In this document: in pieces, positions 52,560 through 62,265 of the stretch
How the letters are laid out: each line of letters starts with the position of its first letter
Numbering within the stretch: the stretch's first letter is position 1
Assembly: GCA_030583845.1 (NCBI GenBank)
Contig: CP129478.1
Coordinates: forward strand, 587,686 to 651,685
DNA from: Candidatus Dojkabacteria bacterium
GTDB lineage: Bacteria; Patescibacteriota; Dojkabacteria; SC72; JAHDCA01
DNA: 64,000 nt
Reading direction: 5' to 3'
Position numbers and translations under genes: made by a program
Notes under the pieces: generated by a model
Database searches by the model: none
The model's input: only the letters and a program-made list of their open reading frames with translations
Told to the model about the DNA's origin: nothing

Positions 52560-52928
52560 ATGGTTCAGAGAGAATCGAAGCTAAAAGTTACGGATAACTC
52601 AGGAGGAAAAGTAGCCAAGGTTATTGGTATTCCTGGCGCATCTAAGAAAAGATGGGCAAGAGTTGGAGAGATCGTTAAGGTCTCTATTGTGCAGGCAGCA
52701 CCAAATGCTGCTATTGAAGCACATGAGGTACATAGCGCAGTGATCGTACGAACCAGAAAAGAGAAGCGAAGATCCGGTGGATCTTACATCCGATTTGATG
52801 ACAATGCTTGTGTATTGATCGACGCAAAGAAGGCTCCTAAGGGTACCCGCGTGTTTGGCCCAGTTGCTCGTGAATTGAAGGATAACGGATTCGACAAGAT
52901 AATCTCGTTGGCACCGGAGGTACTATGA
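52560..52928 (+). CDS. rplN: 50S ribosomal protein L14.
   Basis: MVQRESKLKVTDNSGGK is the L14 N-terminus. Confidence 0.95.
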   Translation: MVQRESKLKVTDNSGGKVAKVIGIPGASKKRWARVGEIVKVSIVQAAPNAAIEAHEVHSAVIVRTRKEKRRSGGSYIRFDDNACVLIDAKKAPKGTRVFGPVARELKDNGFDKIISLAPEVL

Positions 52929-53350
52929 GAATAAAGAAAGGTGATACAGTAAAGGTTTTGTACGGAGTAAATCGAGGCAAGACAGGCGTAGTTGTACGAG
53001 TTTTGCCAAAGAAAGGTACTGTTGTAGTTGATGGTGTTAATGTCTTTAAGAAGCACCTAAAAGGTGACGGACAGCGAAGGCAGTCAGAGATCATCGATGT
53101 AGTAAAGCCAATGCCAGTATCAAAAGTACAGCTTATTGACCCATCTACATCTAAGCCATCAAGGGTTGGATATACAGTAGAGGGCGGCAATAAAGTAAGA
53201 GTAGCAAAGCGATCAGGCAAGGCATTGAGCAGTGTAAAGGAAGAGAAGAAAGCAGATAGCAAACCAGAAACGAAAAAGAAGACGACAAAAGATAAAACAA
53301 AGAAGACAGTAGCTAAGAAGAGCACAAAAACTAAGAAAGCTGATAAATAG
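52925..53350 (+). CDS. rplX: 50S ribosomal protein L24 with a Lys-rich C-terminal extension.
   Basis: MRIKKGDTVKVLYGVNRGKTGVV is L24 (KOW). The tail is a 40-aa K/T-rich stretch. Confidence 0.9.
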   Translation: MRIKKGDTVKVLYGVNRGKTGVVVRVLPKKGTVVVDGVNVFKKHLKGDGQRRQSEIIDVVKPMPVSKVQLIDPSTSKPSRVGYTVEGGNKVRVAKRSGKALSSVKEEKKADSKPETKKKTTKDKTKKTVAKKSTKTKKADK

Positions 53351-53352
53351 AT

Positions 53353-53907
53353 ATGGCACGACTAAAGGAATTATACGACAAACAGTACAGACAGGAATTG
53401 CTCAAAGAGGGTGGATTCAACAATATTATGGAGGTCCCTCGAATTGAGAAGATCGTTATAAACACAGGAGTAGGTGATGCTACAAAGAACTCGGCGGCGA
53501 TTGATGAAGCAGTAGAGATTCTTACCCTGATCAGCGGGCAGAAGCCAGTTGTATCTAAGGCAAAGAAAGCTGTATCTTCATTCAAAGTGAGAGAGAATAT
53601 GGATATTGGAGTACATGTTACACTGCGAGGTGAGAAGATGTGGGAGTTTTTGGACAAGCTGATTAGCGTTGTATTCCCAAGAACCACAGACTTCCGTGGA
53701 CTTTCACCAAAGGCTTTTGATGGAAGTGGTAACTACTCTGTAGGTATCCCTGAGCATACAGTGTTTATAGAGATTGACGCGAATAAGGTACAGAAATTGA
53801 GAGGCTTGCAGGTAAACATTGCAACTTCTGCGAAGAATGACAAAGCAGCGAAGATGTTGTTGGATAAATTTGGTTTCCCATTCAAGAAAGATGGCAAAGA
53901 AGTCTAA
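53353..53907 (+). CDS. rplE: 50S ribosomal protein L5.
   Basis: [36 protein letters not shown] is L5. Confidence 0.95.
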   Translation: MARLKELYDKQYRQELLKEGGFNNIMEVPRIEKIVINTGVGDATKNSAAIDEAVEILTLISGQKPVVSKAKKAVSSFKVRENMDIGVHVTLRGEKMWEFLDKLISVVFPRTTDFRGLSPKAFDGSGNYSVGIPEHTVFIEIDANKVQKLRGLQVNIATSAKNDKAAKMLLDKFGFPFKKDGKEV

Positions 53908-54085
53908 GGTAGCACAAGCGAAAAGATACAAGAAGTCACAGAAGCACAGTACCAAAGTGTATAATAGGTGCGAAATTTGTGGCAGGCCAAGGGGATATAT
54001 TCGAAAGTTTGGTATGTGCAGAATCTGTTTTAGAAAATTGGCACACGAGGGTGAAATCCCGGGTGTTAAGAAATTAGTTTGGTAG
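53891..54085 (+). CDS. rpsZ: 30S ribosomal protein S14, type Z (zinc-binding).
   Basis: [15 protein letters not shown]...[35 protein letters not shown] carries the C4 zinc ribbon. The start was moved to the ATG at 53891. Confidence 0.9.
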   Translation: MAKKSKVAQAKRYKKSQKHSTKVYNRCEICGRPRGYIRKFGMCRICFRKLAHEGEIPGVKKLVW

Positions 54086-54093
54086 GAAGAAAA

Positions 54094-54471
54094 ATGAGCG
54101 ATATAGTTGCAGACACATTGGCAAGAATTAAAAATGCAGTAATGAGGAGACACGAGAGTGTTAACGTCACTAACTCAAAGATTTCTGCATCGATCGTTGA
54201 GATCTTGAAGCAAGAGAACTTTGTTGAGGGTTATGAGATTGATGGGAACGATATTGTTGTAAGTTTGAAATATGCTGCTGGCGAGCCAATGGTTGAGAAT
54301 TTTGTAAAGGTAAGCAAGCCAGGTCAGAGAATATATGTTGGTTATAAGGATATCTTGCCAGTGATGAACGGACGAGGTATTGCTATAATCAGCACTTCGA
54401 ATGGCTTGATGACTGGTGCGCAAGCAAAATCAAAGAAGCTTGGTGGAGAATATATCTGTAAAATCTGGTAA
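54094..54471 (+). CDS. rpsH: 30S ribosomal protein S8.
   Basis: MSDIVADTLARIKNA is the S8 N-terminus. The start was moved to 54094. Confidence 0.9.
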   Translation: MSDIVADTLARIKNAVMRRHESVNVTNSKISASIVEILKQENFVEGYEIDGNDIVVSLKYAAGEPMVENFVKVSKPGQRIYVGYKDILPVMNGRGIAIISTSNGLMTGAQAKSKKLGGEYICKIW

Positions 54472-54473
54472 TT

Positions 54474-55013
54474 ATGTCGAGAGTAGGGATAAACCCAATC
54501 AAAATTGAAGAAGGTGTAGATGTAAACATTAATGGAAACGTTGTGTCAGTAAAAGGCCCAAAGGGCGAAATTGTTCACACACTACCTGCAGAGCTTACTG
54601 TAGAAGTTAAAGACGGTCAGATTGTAGTTGGTAGGAAAGATGATGAGAGATTCTCAAGGTCGATCCACGGTACATTCAGAGCTCTTCTGGCTGGTGCGGT
54701 AGCAGGTGTCAAAGATGGATTTGAGAAGAAGCTTGAATTGGTAGGCGTTGGATACAGAGTCAGGATGGAAGGTGCAAACCTATCACTCTCACTTGGGCTG
54801 ACTCATCCAGTAGTAGTCGAGCCAGTTGAGGGTATTCAGTACGAGGTTCCAGATGAGGTTACAATAATTGTTAAAGGACATGATAAGCAAAAAGTTGGTG
54901 AAGTTGCAGCAAGAATCAGAGAGATAAAGAAGCCTGAGCCTTATAAAGGCAAGGGAATCCGATATGAGGGTGAGTATGTACGTAGAAAGAGTGCTAAAGC
55001 AGTAACTGCATAA
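54474..55013 (+). CDS. rplF: 50S ribosomal protein L6.
   Basis: SRVGINPIKIEEGVDVNINGNVVSVKGPKGE is L6. Confidence 0.95.
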   Translation: MSRVGINPIKIEEGVDVNINGNVVSVKGPKGEIVHTLPAELTVEVKDGQIVVGRKDDERFSRSIHGTFRALLAGAVAGVKDGFEKKLELVGVGYRVRMEGANLSLSLGLTHPVVVEPVEGIQYEVPDEVTIIVKGHDKQKVGEVAARIREIKKPEPYKGKGIRYEGEYVRRKSAKAVTA

Positions 55014-55033
55014 TAATTTTGAGATCTGTTGAA

Positions 55034-55363
55034 ATGAAGGCTAGTAAGAAAGTAAGAAGAGAAAAAAGAAAGAGACATATCAGGAAGAATCTGCATGGTA
55101 GTGCAGCAATTCCTCGAGTCTTCGTCTTCAAGAGCAATAGCTACCTCTATGCTGGCGCTGCTGATGATGATGCTCACAAGGTAATTGCTTCAGCAATGTC
55201 TGACAAGGGCATGGATAATGCGGCAAAGATGGGTGAGGAATTGGGAAAGAAGCTTGTTAAGGCAAAGTATGAGAAAATTGTGTTTGACAGAAGCGGATAT
55301 AAGTATCATGGCAATGTCAAAGCAATAGCAGATGGAATCAGAAAAGCTGGTCTTAAGTTCTAA
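55034..55363 (+). CDS. rplR: 50S ribosomal protein L18.
   Basis: RVFVFKSNSYLYAGAADD is the L18 core. The ATG at 55034 is preferred over the TTG at 55019. Confidence 0.85.
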   Translation: MKASKKVRREKRKRHIRKNLHGSAAIPRVFVFKSNSYLYAGAADDDAHKVIASAMSDKGMDNAAKMGEELGKKLVKAKYEKIVFDRSGYKYHGNVKAIADGIRKAGLKF

Positions 55364-55387
55364 AGAAATTAAATATTTAAGCACGAT

Positions 55388-56110
55388 ATGAGAGAAGGAA
55401 ATAACAGGAACAATAGAAGAGATCGAAGAGAATCAAAGTACGAGTCAAAGACCGTAGCTATTCGACGCGTTGCCAAGGTAACCGCCGGTGGTAAGAGGCT
55501 TAGATTCAGTGCCATGGTTGTATCAGGAGATAAGAGCGGTTCTGTAGGCGTAGGTCTTGGACGTGGTCTTGATACCCGAAATGCAGTAGAGAAGGGCTCA
55601 CGTAAGGCAGAAAAGAACATGACAAAGATCCAGTTGGTTGGAGATACCATCCCACATGAAGTTATCTACAAGAGTGGAGCATGCAAAGTGATGCTTCGTC
55701 CTGCCAAGCCAGGTACAGGAATCATCGCAGGCTCTTCAGTACGAACAGTGCTTGAGGTGTGTGGTATTGATAATGTTTATGGTAAAATCTTGGGCTCGAA
55801 CGACCTGATCGGAAACACCTACTGCACATTTGAGGCTTTGAAGTCACTTCGAAATGAAAGAGTGCTCGCAAAGATGAAGAATATGCAGGCAAGAATTGGT
55901 CTCAAAGAAGAGATTGAGCGGGAGAGAAAGAAGAAAGAGCTCGCCGCAAGGAAATTGAGACAGCAGAATGATAAGCGTGGTGATAACCGAGGAAGAAAAG
56001 GTGGAAGATTCGGTGGAAAGCGACATGATAGAAGGAAGCCAGAGGCAGCTGTTGAGGTTGCAAAAGTAGACAAACCAGAAGTTAAAGTTGAAACTGAGGT
56101 AAAAGAATAA
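55388..56110 (+). CDS. rpsE: 30S ribosomal protein S5 with a ~70-aa basic C-terminal extension.
   Basis: S5 core VAKVTAGGKRLRFSAMVVSGD...GTGIIAGSSVR, then a KR/E-rich tail. rplO follows directly, so L30 is absent. Confidence 0.9.
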   Translation: MREGNNRNNRRDRRESKYESKTVAIRRVAKVTAGGKRLRFSAMVVSGDKSGSVGVGLGRGLDTRNAVEKGSRKAEKNMTKIQLVGDTIPHEVIYKSGACKVMLRPAKPGTGIIAGSSVRTVLEVCGIDNVYGKILGSNDLIGNTYCTFEALKSLRNERVLAKMKNMQARIGLKEEIERERKKKELAARKLRQQNDKRGDNRGRKGGRFGGKRHDRRKPEAAVEVAKVDKPEVKVETEVKE

Positions 56111-56112
56111 GT

Positions 56113-56568
56113 ATGAAACTCGAAAATCTACCAAAAAGAAAAAATAGAACATTCAAGGGAAAGAGAATCGGCCGCGGTTATGGTAGCGGTGTTGGTGGAC
56201 ATACCGCAACTCGAGGTTCGAAGGGTCAGAAATCACGATCAGGCCACAAGTCACTCGTAATGTTTGAAGGTGGTAATGTGCCTTTCTACCGCAGAATGCC
56301 TAAGTACAAGGGATTCAGCCGACCATTCAAGATTGAGTATGAAGTTGTAAATGTCGCAGTGCTTAACGAAGAGTTTAAAACAGGTGAGACAGTAAATCTT
56401 GATACATTGAGAGAGAAAGCATTGATTCAGAAAAGGACTACACATGTGAAGATCCTCGGATCAGGAGATTTGGATAAGAAGCTTACTATAGAGGGTCTAG
56501 CGCTGTCTGAGAGCGCACGAGACAAAGTGCTTGGAGCAAAGGGTGTAATTAAGGAAGTTAAAGAGTAG
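56113..56568 (+). CDS. rplO: 50S ribosomal protein L15.
   Basis: KLENLPKRKNRTFKGKRIGRGYGSGVGGHTATRGSKGQKSRSG is L15. Confidence 0.95.
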   Translation: MKLENLPKRKNRTFKGKRIGRGYGSGVGGHTATRGSKGQKSRSGHKSLVMFEGGNVPFYRRMPKYKGFSRPFKIEYEVVNVAVLNEEFKTGETVNLDTLREKALIQKRTTHVKILGSGDLDKKLTIEGLALSESARDKVLGAKGVIKEVKE

Positions 56569-56576
56569 CATTTCTT

Positions 56577-57857
56577 ATGTTTATAGACGGCCTACAAAGA
56601 TTCCTGACCTCTCTAAGGTCAACGGAGATCAGAGATAAGATTTTTTTCTCTTTGTTAGTCATAGTTGTATTTAGGGCACTCGCTGCTGTGCCTGTTGTCG
56701 GCATTACCGCCGATACGATGGCTCAATTGAGTGGAATTATCGGCGCAGGTGGCACAATCTCAGCTGTCACAGGAGGTGTGCTAGAAACTGCATCGGTAAT
56801 TGCGCTAGGGGTTGGTCCATATATCTCAGCATCGATCATACTTCAGCTACTTGGAACGATAGTCCCGAGGCTTGAAGAGCTTAAGAAAGAAGGCTCATCA
56901 GGCAGAAGGGTTATCTCAATGTACACCCGATATCTTGCTGTGCCTCTTGCGATAATGCAGGCAATCTTGATCTACTCGACTCTACGAGGGTACGGCTTGA
57001 TGGGCGAGCTTGAGCTCCTGCCATTGGTTACAATGATTGCCACGCTTACAGCTGGAGCTATGTTGATGATGTGGATCGGCGAGCTTGTGACTGAGTCTGG
57101 ATTAGGAAATGGCTCTTCGTATATTATCTTCTTAGGAATTGTGGCGACCATTCCTGGTATATTTTCGGCAAACCTCCAGTCGGCAGATGCGCTGCAGATG
57201 GTTTGGTTCTTCCTGATCATATTGGGGATGATTGCAGTTGTTATCTTTATTACCGAGGGTGAACGAAGGCTTCCTGTGACATATTCAAGAAGGGTGCGGG
57301 CGACTGGGAATCAAGACAGCTATATCCCGGTAAAATTGACCCAGTTCGGTGTAATGCCGGTGATCTTTGCGTCGTATGTGCTTGCGTTGCCTACCGCGAT
57401 TGCCTCATTCATCGTGAGTCCGAATCGTGAGAATGTAGTCTCCGATAGGATGGTTGATTTCGCAAACCAGGTGCTTGAATGGAGCAATGATCCGTGGGTT
57501 CAGGTTGTAGTGACCTTTGTGCTTGTGATACTTTTCTGCTTCTTCTATGTGACAATTGTATTCAACACCGACGAGTATGCCGAGAACCTCCAGAAGCAGG
57601 GCGCATTCATCCCGGGTATCAGGCCTGGTGCACAAACTGCTAGATATCTCAGGATGGTCTCTTTCAGGCTAACTACGGCAGGTGCGCTTTTCCTCGCAAT
57701 TTTGGCTGTATTGCCAACTGTTTTGGTGGCTGGAGGGGTACTGGTAGCCGCAATATTCACAGGTACGGGGCTGCTCATCATGGTTAACGTGGCATTGGAT
57801 ATGAGAAGGCAATATAACTCACTGGTAGTAGTCAGAAGTTACGAGAAGTATATCTAA
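56577..57857 (+). CDS. secY: Preprotein translocase subunit SecY.
   Basis: Ten-TM topology, conserved IRDKIFFSLLVIVVFR...GISASIILQLL, and position after rplO. Confidence 0.95.
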   Translation: MFIDGLQRFLTSLRSTEIRDKIFFSLLVIVVFRALAAVPVVGITADTMAQLSGIIGAGGTISAVTGGVLETASVIALGVGPYISASIILQLLGTIVPRLEELKKEGSSGRRVISMYTRYLAVPLAIMQAILIYSTLRGYGLMGELELLPLVTMIATLTAGAMLMMWIGELVTESGLGNGSSYIIFLGIVATIPGIFSANLQSADALQMVWFFLIILGMIAVVIFITEGERRLPVTYSRRVRATGNQDSYIPVKLTQFGVMPVIFASYVLALPTAIASFIVSPNRENVVSDRMVDFANQVLEWSNDPWVQVVVTFVLVILFCFFYVTIVFNTDEYAENLQKQGAFIPGIRPGAQTARYLRMVSFRLTTAGALFLAILAVLPTVLVAGGVLVAAIFTGTGLLIMVNVALDMRRQYNSLVVVRSYEKYI

Positions 57858-57923
57858 TGTCCGACCACTTGGCGGCACTAGAAGAATAAATATCCAAAGC
57901 TATGGTCGCCAAGTGGTCGGACA
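57858..57923 (+). repeat. Family A palindromic element after secY (likely terminator).
   Basis: Perfect 17-bp stem TGTCCGACCACTTGGCG / CGCCAAGTGGTCGGACA with a 32-nt loop, starting at the base after the secY stop codon. Confidence 0.6.
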
Positions 57924-57949
57924 GTTGATAACTTTAGCCCTAGCTATTC

Positions 57950-58600
57950 ATGAGGACAGTTCTCTTTCATGGTCCTTCCGGTTCCGGAAAGGATACGCAG
58001 GTAGATCTTATTTGCGAGAAGTTTGGATTCACCAAGATCGGGACGGGTGAGGCGATGAGGAAGCTGTATGAAGAGGGTGATCCGGACGCCGTGAGGGCAC
58101 ATGATGATTATGCGGTGAAGGGGATATTTGTCGAGTCGGAATTGATCTACAAGATTGCGGCGAAATATATCACCCGCTTCGATCAGAATAGTGACTGGGC
58201 ATTTGTATCGCTTGTCCGCAAGGCAGACCAGATCCCGATGTTTGACGAGCTCTTGAAAAATTGTAATAGAACACTGGATAAGTTTATTCACTTCACCCTA
58301 TCTGAAGAAGAGGCTGTATTAAGGCGATCTTTGAGGTGGTACTGTCCTACCTGTCAGGCTACATATCACGAGCAGTTTAAGCCAGAGAAGGTAAAAGGTG
58401 TATGTGACAAGGATGGGACAAAGTTGACCCAGCGAGACGACGACAGCAAGGAAACGACATTGAGTTTATTGCGAGAATACAATAAAGATATCGAGCCGAT
58501 ACTTGCTGAGTATCGAAATCGAGGAGTGCTCGCAGAGATTGATGCTTCGCCTTCGATTGAGGAGATACATGCAGAGGTGGTGAAGCAGCTCGGTTATTAA
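57950..58600 (+). CDS. adk: Adenylate kinase (long form with a Zn-binding lid).
   Basis: P-loop GPSGSGKDTQ and lid cysteines CPTC...C.KDG. Confidence 0.9.
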   Translation: MRTVLFHGPSGSGKDTQVDLICEKFGFTKIGTGEAMRKLYEEGDPDAVRAHDDYAVKGIFVESELIYKIAAKYITRFDQNSDWAFVSLVRKADQIPMFDELLKNCNRTLDKFIHFTLSEEEAVLRRSLRWYCPTCQATYHEQFKPEKVKGVCDKDGTKLTQRDDDSKETTLSLLREYNKDIEPILAEYRNRGVLAEIDASPSIEEIHAEVVKQLGY

Positions 58601-58603
58601 ATA

Positions 58604-59368
58604 TTGAGAAAGTTAATGAAAAAATACGATCGCGAAAAAATTAAAAAAATGGAGGATGCCGGCAAAATCTGCTCGGATATTATGGAAAGGCTTGTCGAGA
58701 AGGCAAAGGCCGGTGTATCGCTGCTAGAAATTGACGACCTCGCTTTTGATCTGGCCAAGAAAAATAACGTCCAATCAGCTTTTCTAGGCTACGAGGGCTT
58801 TCCTGCCAATGCCTGTATAGGTGTAAATGATGTAGTTGTACATGGCATCCCTACCGATTACGAGCTAAAGGATGGCGATATTGTAAGCATTGACTATGGA
58901 ATTCGGTATAAGGATGTGTTTTCAGATATGTCTGTGACCCTCCCAATTGGTGGGGTCCCGAAGGAGGTTATAAGCCTTATAAATACAACAAAAGAAGCCA
59001 CTCTTGCTGGTATAATGGCTGCAACCCCAGGTAGCACGAGTGGAGATATTGGCTATGCAATGCAAAATGTGATCGAATCCAACGGTTTCTCGGTAGTGAA
59101 AGAGTTTGTGGGGCATGGTATTGGCTACTCGTTGCATGAAGACCCATATGTGCCAGGATATGGCCAGCCAGGAGCCGGAAGTAAGCTTCATGTGGGTCAA
59201 ACTTTGGCTATTGAGGCGATAGTCAATCAAGGCTCGCCAGAAGTGGTGATTGATGCCGACGATAACTGGACAACCTATACAAAAGATGGTATGCTGTCAG
59301 CACTTTTCGAACACACCATAGTCGTTGAGGAGAACCCCAAGATTTTGACGGATTGGCGATTGCTATAA
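58604..59368 (+). CDS. map: Methionine aminopeptidase type I.
   Basis: Pita-bread fold motifs: ...VHGIP..., metal ligands D, D, H, E, E, and FVGHGIG. Confidence 0.9.
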   Translation: MRKLMKKYDREKIKKMEDAGKICSDIMERLVEKAKAGVSLLEIDDLAFDLAKKNNVQSAFLGYEGFPANACIGVNDVVVHGIPTDYELKDGDIVSIDYGIRYKDVFSDMSVTLPIGGVPKEVISLINTTKEATLAGIMAATPGSTSGDIGYAMQNVIESNGFSVVKEFVGHGIGYSLHEDPYVPGYGQPGAGSKLHVGQTLAIEAIVNQGSPEVVIDADDNWTTYTKDGMLSALFEHTIVVEENPKILTDWRLL

Positions 59369-59428
59369 CCACATCTGTCTGATATAATCCGAAGGATTTC
59401 TAAGAAGTATAGGTGAAATAGCGAATTT

Positions 59429-59662
59429 ATGGCTAACGAAACGAAAAAAGTAGTCGAGGTCGAAGGCGTTGTCAAAGAGTGCCTCCCGAATACTAAGTTC
59501 GTAGTAGAGATAGAGGTGAATGGTGCAAAGCATGAGATTATAGGATACCTATCGGGTAGGATGAGGATGCACTATATCCGAATTCTGGAGGGCGATAAGG
59601 TGAGGATGGAAATCTCGCCGTACGACCCAACCCAAGGACGAATTACTTATAGATACAAGTAG
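59429..59662 (+). CDS. infA: Translation initiation factor IF-1.
   Basis: [56 protein letters not shown] is an S1-like IF-1 sequence. Confidence 0.95.
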   Translation: MANETKKVVEVEGVVKECLPNTKFVVEIEVNGAKHEIIGYLSGRMRMHYIRILEGDKVRMEISPYDPTQGRITYRYK

Positions 59663-59664
59663 AA

Positions 59665-59781
59665 ATGAAGGTTAAGGCTTCGGTTAAAAAGAGATGTAGA
59701 GATTGTTATGTTGTCCGAAGGAAAGGGCGCATTTATGTTTATTGCAAGAAAGATCCTAAGCACAAGCAAAAGCAAGGATAA
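59665..59781 (+). CDS. rpmJ: 50S ribosomal protein L36 (below the ORF-track size cutoff).
   Basis: Hand-translated as [38 protein letters not shown], with the C-x2-C...C...H zinc ribbon, at the conserved position between infA and rpsM. Confidence 0.85.
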   Translation: MKVKASVKKRCRDCYVVRRKGRIYVYCKKDPKHKQKQG

Positions 59782-59801
59782 ATTTATATTTATTGAACCA
59801 G

Positions 59802-60185
59802 ATGGCGAGAGTCTCAGGAGTTGAAATACCAGATAACAAGAAGTTGAAGATTGCACTCACATATATCTATGGAATTGGGCAGACAACTGCAGAGCAGATT
59901 GTCGACGAATTGAACCTTGATGGTGATGTACGGTTGAAAGAGCTCTCAGAGAGCGATATCACAAAGCTTCGAACCCATATTGATGCGAACTATGAAGTAG
60001 AGGGTGAGTTGAAGCAGAAAGTTTTCCGAAATGTTAAGAGATTGAAGGACACAAGAAGCTACCGAGGTATTAGGCATAAGCTTGGTCTTCCAGTAAGAGG
60101 ACAACGAACAAGAGTAAATGCTAGAACACGAAAGGGTAGAGCTTTGCCAGTTGGTGGATTGAAGATCAAGGTCTCAAAGACCTAA
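59802..60185 (+). CDS. rpsM: 30S ribosomal protein S13.
   Basis: MARVSGVEIPDNKKLKIALTYIYGIG is the S13 N-terminus. The ATG at 59802 is preferred over the TTG at 59793. Confidence 0.9.
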   Translation: MARVSGVEIPDNKKLKIALTYIYGIGQTTAEQIVDELNLDGDVRLKELSESDITKLRTHIDANYEVEGELKQKVFRNVKRLKDTRSYRGIRHKLGLPVRGQRTRVNARTRKGRALPVGGLKIKVSKT

Positions 60186-60212
60186 ATATATTACTTATTA
60201 CTCGTAGGTTAA

Positions 60213-60608
60213 GTGGCTACAGAAGAGAAGAAGACAGTATCAAAGAAGAAGAAACAGAATGTAAGTTCTGGGGTTGTTACTGTACAGTCAACTTTCAACA
60301 ATACAGTTATCACTATTAGCGATCAGGAAGGCAATACTCTAGTACAGGGAAGCCCAAAAAGCGTTGGCTTTGTTGGCTCAAAGAGAAGCACAGCTTTCGC
60401 AGCAACCAAGGCAGCAACAGATGCAGCATTAAAAGCAATTAAGAAATATAACCTACAAGATGTAAAAGTATATGTAGCAGGTCCTGGCGCAGGTAGAAAT
60501 GCCGCTGTTAAGGGTCTCGACGCTGCAGGCTTAAAGATCACTATGCTTGTAGACCGCACACCTCTTCCACACAACGGATGCAGGCCAAGAAAGAAGCCAA
60601 GGAAATAG
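60213..60608 (+). CDS. rpsK: 30S ribosomal protein S11.
   Basis: GTV.VQSTFNNTVITISD..GN.L...S.G..GFKGS.K.T.FAA is S11. GTG start. Confidence 0.9.
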   Translation: MATEEKKTVSKKKKQNVSSGVVTVQSTFNNTVITISDQEGNTLVQGSPKSVGFVGSKRSTAFAATKAATDAALKAIKKYNLQDVKVYVAGPGAGRNAAVKGLDAAGLKITMLVDRTPLPHNGCRPRKKPRK

Positions 60609-60640
60609 TAATTTTATTCTTTATTATCTAATTATTAGCT

Positions 60641-61252
60641 ATGGGAAGATATACCGGACCAAAAGGAAAACTAAGTAGGAGAGAAGGAATTAACCTATTC
60701 CTTAAAGGTTCGCGATCGCACTCAGAGAAGGATGCACTTGCACGCAAGCCTTATGCACCTGGACAGCACGGCAATGCGCGAAAGCCAAGATTGTCTCAGT
60801 ATGGTATCCAGTTGCGTGAGAAGCAGAGAGTAAAGAGGACTTATGGAATGCGTGAAAAGCAGTTCAATAACCTCTATACCGAGGCTAACCGAAGATCAAA
60901 GGTAAACAAGAGTGATAAGGGTCTTGAGCTTCTAAGGTTGCTCGAAACACGATTGGACAACGTAATCTATCTCGCAGGCTTGGCACCTTCAAGATCGGCA
61001 GCCCGCCAGTTTGTAACACATAAGCATGTAGAGGTTAATGGAAAAGTAATGAACATCCCATCTTATGAGGTAAAAGTTGGTGACGAGGTGAAATTGAAGA
61101 ATGAGAAACTGAAGCCAGCTGAAAGCTTGATTCCAAAGCCAGTATGGATTGAGGGTGAAAAGTCGGTAGTGAAAGTTGGAAGGTTGCCTGAGCGAGATGA
61201 GATCGATCAGGGAATCAAAGAGCACTATATTATTGAGTTTTACTCTAGATAA
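60641..61252 (+). CDS. rpsD: 30S ribosomal protein S4.
   Basis: MGRYTGPKGKLSRREG and the S4 domain RLDNVIYLAGLAPSRSAARQFVTHKHVEVNGK are present. Confidence 0.95.
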   Translation: MGRYTGPKGKLSRREGINLFLKGSRSHSEKDALARKPYAPGQHGNARKPRLSQYGIQLREKQRVKRTYGMREKQFNNLYTEANRRSKVNKSDKGLELLRLLETRLDNVIYLAGLAPSRSAARQFVTHKHVEVNGKVMNIPSYEVKVGDEVKLKNEKLKPAESLIPKPVWIEGEKSVVKVGRLPERDEIDQGIKEHYIIEFYSR

Positions 61253-61274
61253 CATTAATTTATTCATTAATATA

Positions 61275-62240
61275 ATGGTCGATTTTAAAGATATAAAGGT
61301 AAAAGTGGTAAAGGATGAGGGCAATGCAGCCCAGTTCGAGATCTCACCTCTCCCACGAGGATATGGTCATACACTCGCAAACTCATTGAGAAGGGTTCTT
61401 CTCTCAAGCCTAGAGGGAGCAGCAATCACAAGCTTGAAGGTTGCAGGGATTGATCATGAGTACACAACAATTGAGGGTGTAAAAGAGGATGTAGTTGAGA
61501 TTATCTTGAATTTGAAAGCATTGAAATTTAGCTCAACATCAGATGAGCCACAGATTGTTTCGCTCGATGTATCAGGCGAGAAAGAAGTCACAACTGGCGA
61601 CTTGATGCTCCCAGGTGGTGTTGAAGTAAGTGATAATAAGGCACATATCGCAACCCTCACAAATAAGAAAGCTTCATTAAGCATGGAGCTCGTTGTTGAG
61701 CGGGGTGTTGGATATAGGACAGCTGATGAAGCAGGTCGATCAGAGATGGGAAGAATCCCTCTTGATGCAGACTTCTCACCAATCAAGAATGTTAGCTTCG
61801 ATGTAACCAGCGCACGTAAGGGTCAGAAGACCAACTTGGACGCTGTAATCGTAGAGATTGAGACAGATGGTTCAATCAAGCCTATTGATGCTCTCTTAGA
61901 ATCTGCTAAAATCATCCAGGATTTTGCAGGCAAGGTAATGGTCGCACTTGGTGTGCCTGTTACTGAGGTTGAGGAGATGGCACAGGCAGCAAGAGAGTCC
62001 GACACAGCCGCAGAAGCAGCTGGTGAAGGGATGGACGATGAAGTTAGCGGATGGAGAGTTGAAGATCTTCCAATTTCAAAGAGATCAAAGTCAGGATTGT
62101 TGGCAGGAGGATATGAGACAGTTGGCGACCTTCGAGGGGTAACAGCAAGTGACCTTTTGGCACTTCCTGGATTTGGCAACAAGTCACTCAACGAGGTTTT
62201 GGATCTGATGAGCCAGTATGGCATTGAGATCGAGGCATAA
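61275..62240 (+). CDS. rpoA: DNA-directed RNA polymerase subunit alpha.
   Basis: The N-terminal domain PLPRGYGHTLANSLRRVLLSSLEGAAIT and the C-terminal domain LPISKRSKSGLLAGGYETVGDL are present. The start was moved to the ATG at 61275. Confidence 0.9.
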   Translation: MVDFKDIKVKVVKDEGNAAQFEISPLPRGYGHTLANSLRRVLLSSLEGAAITSLKVAGIDHEYTTIEGVKEDVVEIILNLKALKFSSTSDEPQIVSLDVSGEKEVTTGDLMLPGGVEVSDNKAHIATLTNKKASLSMELVVERGVGYRTADEAGRSEMGRIPLDADFSPIKNVSFDVTSARKGQKTNLDAVIVEIETDGSIKPIDALLESAKIIQDFAGKVMVALGVPVTEVEEMAQAARESDTAAEAAGEGMDDEVSGWRVEDLPISKRSKSGLLAGGYETVGDLRGVTASDLLALPGFGNKSLNEVLDLMSQYGIEIEA

Positions 62241-62265
62241 GATTTATTATTAACTGATTAGTTAG

